This document shows, in pieces, positions 55,841 to 64,000 of a stretch of 64,000 bases of DNA. Numbering within the stretch: position 1 is the first letter of the stretch; every line of letters begins with the position of its first letter. The notes under the pieces are model-generated. The model did not search any database and was not told where the DNA came from. It saw only the letters and a program-made list of their open reading frames with translations. A program made the translations under genes and the position numbers. The stretch lies in the NCBI GenBank assembly GCA_951406725.2, contig OX597824.1, positions 29,636,001 to 29,700,000 of the forward strand, read 5' to 3'. This stretch comes from Octopus vulgaris (Eukaryota).

Positions 55841-56959
55841 CAATCAGGACTCACGCCATTAGCCACAAAGAATAATCTCTAATTCGAGCCTACTCTAATC
55901 TACTAAGAAAGAGTGTGGCAACTTGAAGATCCACCCATCACACGCGATAGACTGGCGGTTGCACGGGCGCGAAAGCTACGTTGTTATCCTCATTCCGTAA
56001 ACGGTGGCTTTTAACGGGTGGAGAGCTGAACCATCCTGGGATACAGAGGATTCGCAATCTAGACTAGTGTCTGAACGTTTACCACACCATAGTGGGTTAC
56101 ACCATGGTTCCACTGCTTTGTGGCAGAAGTAGGAAGAAAGAGTGAGAGAAAGTTGTGGTGAAAGAGTACAGCGGGGTTCACCTGCACCCCACCCCCACCC
56201 CGGAGCCTCGTGACGCTGCTGTTTGCACGCTGACGATGTAAAACACTTAGCTGAACATTGAACCTGTATTGGCATCGGCACTTTTTGGCACTAGAGGCAA
56301 ACTCGCACAATCACACATGCGCATACAGATAGATTTAGAGAGAGGAAAGTTAGAGAAGGACGGAAACATTAAAACGTCTGACGTCAAATAAATCATTGTT
56401 GAATGAGTTACGCCAAACAGGCGGCGCCAAACAGGCGGCGCCAAAACATTTAAGCCAATATGTCTCATACTCTTTGTACCCCATATCGTGCTTTCTTCTC
56501 TATTTTTTCTACCGCCATTATCATAGCCTCTCCTTCTTGAGAGAATTGAGTACATGGCGTATTTATGCGGGCAATCCCTTCCAAATTGTCGTCCCTCTAA
56601 TCATTAATCGTATTGTCTTCAGAACCTAACCCCTAACCCAGATACACACACACACACACTTGTCAATATATCCAGTCCTTTAGTCCCAGTACGTCAGCCC
56701 TCTGGGACTCCCTTCCGGCAGGTGTGGTCAGTATGAGATTAATCTCACAGGTCGAAGAATATTTTCATAGGCGATGGGCACTGGCACTTTCTCATTACTC
56801 ATCAAATCAAGTTCAGAAAAACGTCATCGAAACACTCCTTTGCTGTACTTTCGCTCCTTTGTTTTAGATTAGAACTTTTAAAAACACCTATACATGGAAG
56901 CTATTTGCACATATACGCGCACACACACTCTCTCTCTCCTCTTTCTCCCTCCCTCCCTT

Positions 56960-57014
<55 letters not shown>

Positions 57015-57065
57015 AGCACATATTTATATAACTTGGAAATTGGTGCTGTGACGCAGTAAGGCAAT

Positions 57066-58410
57066 AGCCGATGGTGGTGTGTTTACGTCCCGTAACTTAG
57101 CGGTTCAGCAAAAGAGACTGATAGAATAAGTACTGGGCTTACAAAGAATAAGTCCTGGGGTCGATTTACTCGACTAGAAGGCGGTGCTCCAGCATGGCCA
57201 CAGTCAAATGACTGAAACAAGTAATAGAGTAATAGAGAGTAACGAAAGAAAATGAAACCAAAACAAATGAAAGCATAACAAAGAATTGCCGTTATGACGC
57301 TAACAGAGGCTTCTGATTGTTTAGGACAAATAAAAATTTAGGTTTTTAAAGTTTTGTAACAGATTCATAGTATTTATTACTCTAGAAAAGAATAAAAGGA
57401 AATATGTCTTATATCGTGAAATATGAAAATTACTGATACGTTCGTCGTGCATGCTTGTCTGGCCGTAAAATTTTTACGTTAGAGTAGCTGGCAAATTTAT
57501 ATATTTTCGTTCATAGAACTTATATATTTTCGTTCAGGCTGTGTGATAAGTGGCTTGCTAACCAACCACATGGTTCCGGGTTCAGTCCCACTGCGTGGCA
57601 TCTTGGGCAAGTGTCTTCTGCTATAGCCCCGGGCCGACCAATGCCTTGTGAGTGGATTTGGTAGACGGAAACTGAAAGAAGCCTGTCGTATATATGTATA
57701 TATATATATATATGTATGTATGTGTGTGTTTGTGTGTCTGTGTTTGTTCCCCTAGCATCGCTTGACAACCGATGCTGGTGTGTTTACGTCCCCGTCACTT
57801 AGCGGTTCGGCAAAAAGAGACCGATAGAATAAGTACTGGGCTTACAAAGAATAAGTCCCGGGGTCGATTTGCTCGACTAAAGGCGGTGCTCCAGCATGGC
57901 CGCAGTCAAATGACTGAAACAAGTAAAAGAGTAAAAAGAGTAAAGAGAGAAATTCTTTGTTATGCTTTCATTTGTTTTGGTTTCATTTTCTTTCGTTACT
58001 CTCTATTACTCTATTACTTGTTTCCGTCATTTGACTGTGGCCATGCTGGAGCACCGCCTTCTAGTCGGGTAAATCGACCCCAGGGACTTATTCTTTGTAA
58101 GCCCAGTACTTATTCTATCAGTCTCTTGTGCTGAACCGCTAAGTTACGGGACGTAAACACACCACCATCGGTTGTCAAGCAATGGTGGGGGGACAAACAC
58201 AGACACACAAACATATACATACATATATATATATATACATATATACGACGGGCTTCTTCCAGTTTCCGCCTACCAAATCGACTCACAAGGCTTTGGTCGG
58301 CCCGAGGCTATAATAGAAGACACTTGCCCAAGGTGCCACGCAGTAGGAAAGAACCCGGAACCATGTGGCTGGTAAGCAAGCTACTTACCACACAGCCACT
58401 CCTGCGCCTA
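57066..58410. mobile_element. SINE A cluster: 3' half plus (57066-57240), full plus (57536-57950), full minus (57996-58410)
   Basis: Family A matches; 57066-57287 is an inverted duplicate of 57951-58172 including non-SINE flank. Confidence 0.88.
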
Positions 58411-59245
58411 TGAAAATAAACACACACATTTTCATTCTATCGTAGTATTTTTTATTTATCAAAAAATAACAAAGTCCATCTTTTCCTCGCGTTTCGGATA
58501 TAAAATAAAAACCTGGCGCTCTCCATTGCATCGCCAACGCATTGAGTTGATTATGGAGGCTTCTAAACAAAATGTCTCTACATTTTCCCTTTCAACTATT
58601 TCCAGGAGGTTGTGAGTGTAGCGTCCTCTGGCATCTCTTCCATAGGAACTTGTCAGAAGCAACCGCCACTTTACTTTCCGACTGGATTTCCAAGTAAGCC
58701 AAATGAGACTTAAGATATTGCCCCCCCCCACCACCACCACCACCACCATCGCGTTTTGGTCAACTCCTGGATCTCCTGCCGGTTGGTTTTGCTTTCAGAA
58801 TTAACATGTTAAAATTACATTTGCGTAGAAATTTTCAAAACATTAGCTCTCATGTGACAAAATGGAAAATCTATAAAGTGAAGTGAAATCGAACCAGTGG
58901 ATGTGTTTTTATTAGTAAAATGACCCACCCGATGTACAACATCTGTTTCATCAAAGGCTTTCGAATTAAACAAACACAAAAGCGAAATTCACACATGTGA
59001 ACAAACAGATACATATGTGCACACACACAAACACGTGCATACACACACGCACATACACACACACACACACACACACAGATATGCGCGTGTGTGTGTGTGT
59101 GTGTGCTTATATACATATGTATATATGTAATATAGATTGATTCTTAATGTGTGCACATATTTAGATCCAAATATGTGCATATATGCATACACACACATAC
59201 ATACAAACATACAGACATTCATAGATATGTACGTACGTATATACG

Positions 59246-59276
<31 letters not shown>

Positions 59277-59660
59277 ATACATACGTACATATATATACAT
59301 ATACATATATATGTTTGTATATATATGTGTGTGTACAGACATACACAGACGCATACAGAGACACTAACACACGCACGCATAAACACACACACACATACAC
59401 ACATACACACACACATGTACATGCATATATAAGCATAGACATAGTACTTGGTTTCCTTTCAAGTTTAAGAATTTGCTACTAAATTAACACGCTATCCAAT
59501 ATGAAAGCCAAGCAGCCCAATCGTCAACAGCTCCGCTATTTCGCCAGTCCTAGAAAACATGTATTTCCGGTTTGGCGATTCTTCTCACAGGTGTCTTTTC
59601 AAAAATGTTGAAAATCTTGCCCGACAGCTTTTTGCTAACGTTGTGTGTACGTTTGTGTGT

Positions 59661-59718
<58 letters not shown>

Positions 59719-60088
59719 AGCTGTGTGTGTTTATTTTCATTCTATCTATCTAATTGATATTCATGGTGTTCTCCTAGCAAGTGCTGTCGGTAACACATGT
59801 ATGTTTACGCGTGTGTGTGTATTATATTATGCGTGCGCATATGTACACACGCACACATTCACACATATATACATACAAAATCTCACTCTCTCTCTCTCTC
59901 ACACACACACATACACTTGCCATATATATATATATATATATATGCACACACGTGATTCAGTTTATATGTACCGGTATGTGCAATTTTGTACTAATGTTTG
60001 CATATATATATATATACACACATATGAACATACATAAATATGTGTGTGTGTATGTGTGTACATATATACACATATACATACGTAAATA

Positions 60089-60119
<31 letters not shown>

Positions 60120-60175
60120 TTATATGTATGTATATATAAATATTTGTACTATATAAATGTATACATATATATATA

Positions 60176-61003
60176 CTTTATTTTAAGCAGCAGAAAATTC
60201 AACAAAATCTGTTACTCTGAGTTTCTCGTTGCCGTTCATCAGACAGTTTTTGCTAGAATGGAACATATATATTAATTCAATCTATACTCTTACAAACGCT
60301 ACACCTTTAAAAAGAAATGGACTTGTTTGATTGGCCCTTTAGAAAAAACGGTCAATCTTCGAGCGATAAACAAAAAGGTCAAAAATATATGTATATATAT
60401 ATAAAAACTTATAAAAATTATAAAATCCGAGGAAAATACCGAGGAAAAAACCTGTTGCCGTTAATGAAGACAGTACAAATTAATGCATAGAAATTAAACC
60501 TGTTATAAATACTGCAATACATATTTATATTAAAATCCACATATATATATCAACATACACAATATATGTGGATTTTAATATAAATATGTATTGCAGTATT
60601 TATAACAGGTTTAATTTCTATGCATTAATTTGTACTGTCTTCATTAACGGCAACAGGTTTTTTCCTCGGTATTTTCCTCGGATTTTATAATTTTTATAAG
60701 TTTTTATATATATATACATATATTTTTGACCTTTTGTTTATCGCTCGAAGATTGACCGTTTTTCTAAAGGGCCAATCAAACAAGTCCATTTCTTTTTAAA
60801 GGTGTAGCGTTTGTAAGAGTATAGATTGAATTAATATATATGTTCCATTCTAGCAAAAACTGTCTGATGAACGGCAACGAGAAACTCAGAGTAACAGATT
60901 TTGTTGAATTTTCTGCTGCTTAAAATAAAGCATATTACTCTACCACTGGTATTTGAGTACTCTTTTTTCCACCTTGTTTCACATTTATGTGTTTACTCCG
61001 GTA
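60176..61003. mobile_element. Large fold-back Penelope-like element, about 370-bp arms, 15-nt loop
   Basis: 60176-60546 and 60562-60930 are reverse complements; the only differences I saw are two homopolymer indels; hammerhead in each arm; TA-rich flanks. Confidence 0.85.
60860..60897 (+). ncRNA. Minimal type I hammerhead ribozyme (mirror copy on minus at 60209-60246)
   Basis: CUGU-CUGAUGA-A-CG-GCAA-CG-A-GAAAC-UCAGA-GUA/ACAG; core intact, GNRA-capped but weak stem II. Confidence 0.72.
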
Positions 61004-61078
61004 CATATATATATAGATAGATATAGATATATATATTTATATATATATATATATCATATGTATGTAAGTATATGTGTA

Positions 61079-61142
<64 letters not shown>

Positions 61143-61811
61143 TAGACAGAGAGATTAGTCTGCGTGGGTGTATGGATATGTATATATGTATGCGGGTGTG
61201 TACATGTGTATAGAGATTTTGTGTATTTATGTGTATGTGTGAACGTGTGTGTTTGAGTGTGAATCTGAATGTCCGTAAACAAGCCTCTTTCCCAGAATAA
61301 AAAGAAACAAATTTCTCGAATCACTAGTTCCCTATGGGTCCCATCTAATATGGCCGCTGATCAGAGTGTGTGTTACACCCACCATATTAGCATGGAATGC
61401 TCCTTCTCACCGAACAATATTCACATCCTTTCATACACACACACACATACACACACAAACACTCATACATACATACCAACATTCATACACATGGACACAC
61501 ATACAAGCATACACATATATACATACACCCGAACATGTACATATTCGCCCACATACATCCACTCACCCGCCTACTTTCCACCGGACCTCCATACATTCTC
61601 CCTCTCACTCCCTCTCTCTCTCTCTCCATCTCTTTCACTCTCTTTCCCTCTCTCGTTCAATTGCTGTCCTCTTTTTAAATACATCCACCTCTTTATGAGT
61701 CTCTCTCCCTTTCTCTTTATCGCTCATCTCTCACTTCCTCTCTTTCTTTCACTATCATTCACTAGAACAATCTCATGTAGAAAATTAATTTTAATAAAAT
61801 CCTATTTAAAC

Positions 61812-62550
61812 CGCAGGAGTGGCTGTGTAATAAGTAGCTTGCTTACCAACCACATGGTTCCAGGTTCAATCCAACTGCCTGACACATTGGGCAAGTGTCT
61901 TCTACTATAGCCTCGGGTTGACCAAAGCCTTGTGAGTGGATTTGGTAGATGGAAACTGAAAGAAGCCCGTCGTATATATAGGTATATGTATATGTACGTG
62001 TGTGTGTATGTTTGTGTTTGTCCCCACCAACATCGCTTGATAACCGATGCTGGTGTGTTTACGTCACCGTAACTTAGCGGTTCGGCAAAAGCGACCGATA
62101 GAATAAGTACTAGGCTTACAAAGAATAAGTCCTGGGATCTATTTGCTCGACTGATGGCGGTGCTCCAGCATGGCCGCAGTCAAATGACTAAAACAAGCAA
62201 AAAGAAAGAGTAAAACTGTTAAATATTTACGTTCTTGATTATGCTAACTAATGGGTATTATTATAACTGTTTCCCCTCAGATCAAGCTAAATCGCCAAGT
62301 TTTACGATCAAAGATCGCAATCCAGCGTATTTAATTTCAAGCCCAAATTATCTAGAAACACGTTTTCCAGCAAGACGTAGTAGTCTTCTATTATAATTCC
62401 TTTCATGCGTAAAAATGCTTTCTATTTGCAGACTTGAACTGACCTCGCGATTTTACAGTTTCTTTGATTTACAGACCCCAGTAAAATGAAAAGGGGCGTT
62501 GATTCCGACGGCATTTGAACTCAGAACGGAAACGATTGACATTAGATAGT

Positions 62551-62609
<59 letters not shown>

Positions 62610-62826
62610 GAAATACTCTTTAACTCTTTTACTTGATTCAGTCATTTGACTGCGGCCATGCTGGAGCACCGCATTTAGTCGAGAAAATCGACCCCACGAT
62701 TTTTCTTTGTAAGCCTAGTACTTATTCTATTGGTCTCTTTTGCCGAACCGCTAAACACACCAGCATCAGTTGTCAATCGTTGTTGGGGGGAGAAACACAG
62801 ACACACAAACATACACTCACACTCAC

Positions 62827-62864
<38 letters not shown>

Positions 62865-62865
62865 T

Positions 62866-62935
<70 letters not shown>

Positions 62936-63062
62936 GAGCTTCTTTCAGTTTTCGTCTTCCAAATCTACTCACAAGGATTTGGTCGGCCTGAGGTGCCATG
63001 CAATGGGACTGAACTCAGAGCCATGTGGTTGGTAAGCAAGATACTTACCACACAGCCACTCC
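61812..63062. mobile_element. Convergent SINE A pair (61812-62212 plus, 62615-63062 minus) with a SINE B fragment and (GATA)n between
   Basis: Family A head and tail matches. Confidence 0.88.
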
Positions 63063-63154
63063 TATTCCTATTTTGTAAATATATATATGTTTGTAAATGT
63101 ATATAGATGTTCGTTGATGTCAGGAATCGGTTCCGTGCATACAGGCAAAAATAT

Positions 63155-63450
63155 TCATATGGCTAAGTGGTTTCGGCGTTGCACTCACAATCTAGCGACA
63201 GTGAATTCGATTCCCCAGATCGGGCGACGCGTTGTATTCTTCTGTAAAACACTTCGATACACGTTGCTCCAGTCAACTCAACTGTACATGTCTAACTCTG
63301 AAGCGAAGTAGACTTCCAGTCTTAGGAAATATTGGCTTGCTCGTCTAGCCAGTGGAGTGGCATCATCTATAAGCTAAAACGATTCAAAGCGCATTGTGAC
63401 CAGCGACGTATAACAACATCCGATAGACTTGTCGATCACGTGATCTCGTG
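63155..63450 (+). mobile_element. SINE D-related copy with a different tail
   Basis: atggctaagtggtt...gaattcgattccc head, cacgttgctccagtcaactca body, tail ending tcacgtgatctcgtgata. Confidence 0.65.
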
Positions 63451-63702
63451 ATATATATATATATATGTGTGTATTACATTTACGTTTGTATATTGAATTA
63501 TGAGTAATATATATGTTAAGTATATCTTATGTACAATTATATATACAATTGCATATTACAGATATATGCATAAATACATATGTGTATGCATCTATCTATT
63601 TATCTATCAATATATCTATGTACCTATCTATCCATCTATCAATTATCTATGCACCTATCTATATATCTATCTACCTATATATATGTGTGTGTGTATAAAA
63701 AA

Positions 63703-63750
<48 letters not shown>

Positions 63751-64000
63751 TGTATGTGTGTATATATATATATATATAATGTATCTATACATATATATAT
63801 ATATGTTTGTAAGTATATCTGTGTATGTCTGTCTTTTAGTTTATGTGTGTGTCGCGACAGACGGATAGATGTAGGCATTTGGATATATATACATATTCAT
63901 ATATATGTATTTGTATATACACATATACATATACATATATATATATATACACACACACGCGTGGGTGCGTGTGTGTACGTGGCATTTTTCTATTTCATGT

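Noticed and set aside
56623-56639. Telomere-like cctaac/taaccc repeats
   Set aside because: Only two imperfect units

Overview
AT-rich, microsatellite-saturated eukaryotic DNA, most likely intronic or intergenic. The SINE families and the repeat landscape suggest a coleoid cephalopod such as Octopus; this is an inference and was not checked against a database. I found no convincing host gene, and nearly all ORFs in the track are microsatellite artefacts. Recognisable elements are a decayed CR1-group LINE reverse transcriptase (5075-7179) plus two short LINE 3' ends, a decayed Penelope-like RT (about 28700-29750, minus), an internally deleted Helitron and a non-autonomous Helitron, a Tc1 transposase relic, a hAT MITE, and about 40 copies of 4-5 tRNA-derived SINE families. 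The most notable signal is a set of at least six unrelated short elements, mostly fold-back (inverted-repeat) and mostly abutting (TA)n tracts. Each carries a minimal type I hammerhead ribozyme fold (stem I, CUGANGA, stem II, GAAA, tiny palindromic stem III, NUH) of the kind known from Penelope pseudo-LTRs. One has an apparent natural compensatory G3:C8 core swap (GUGAACA). All structures were read by eye; no folding or cleavage data are available.
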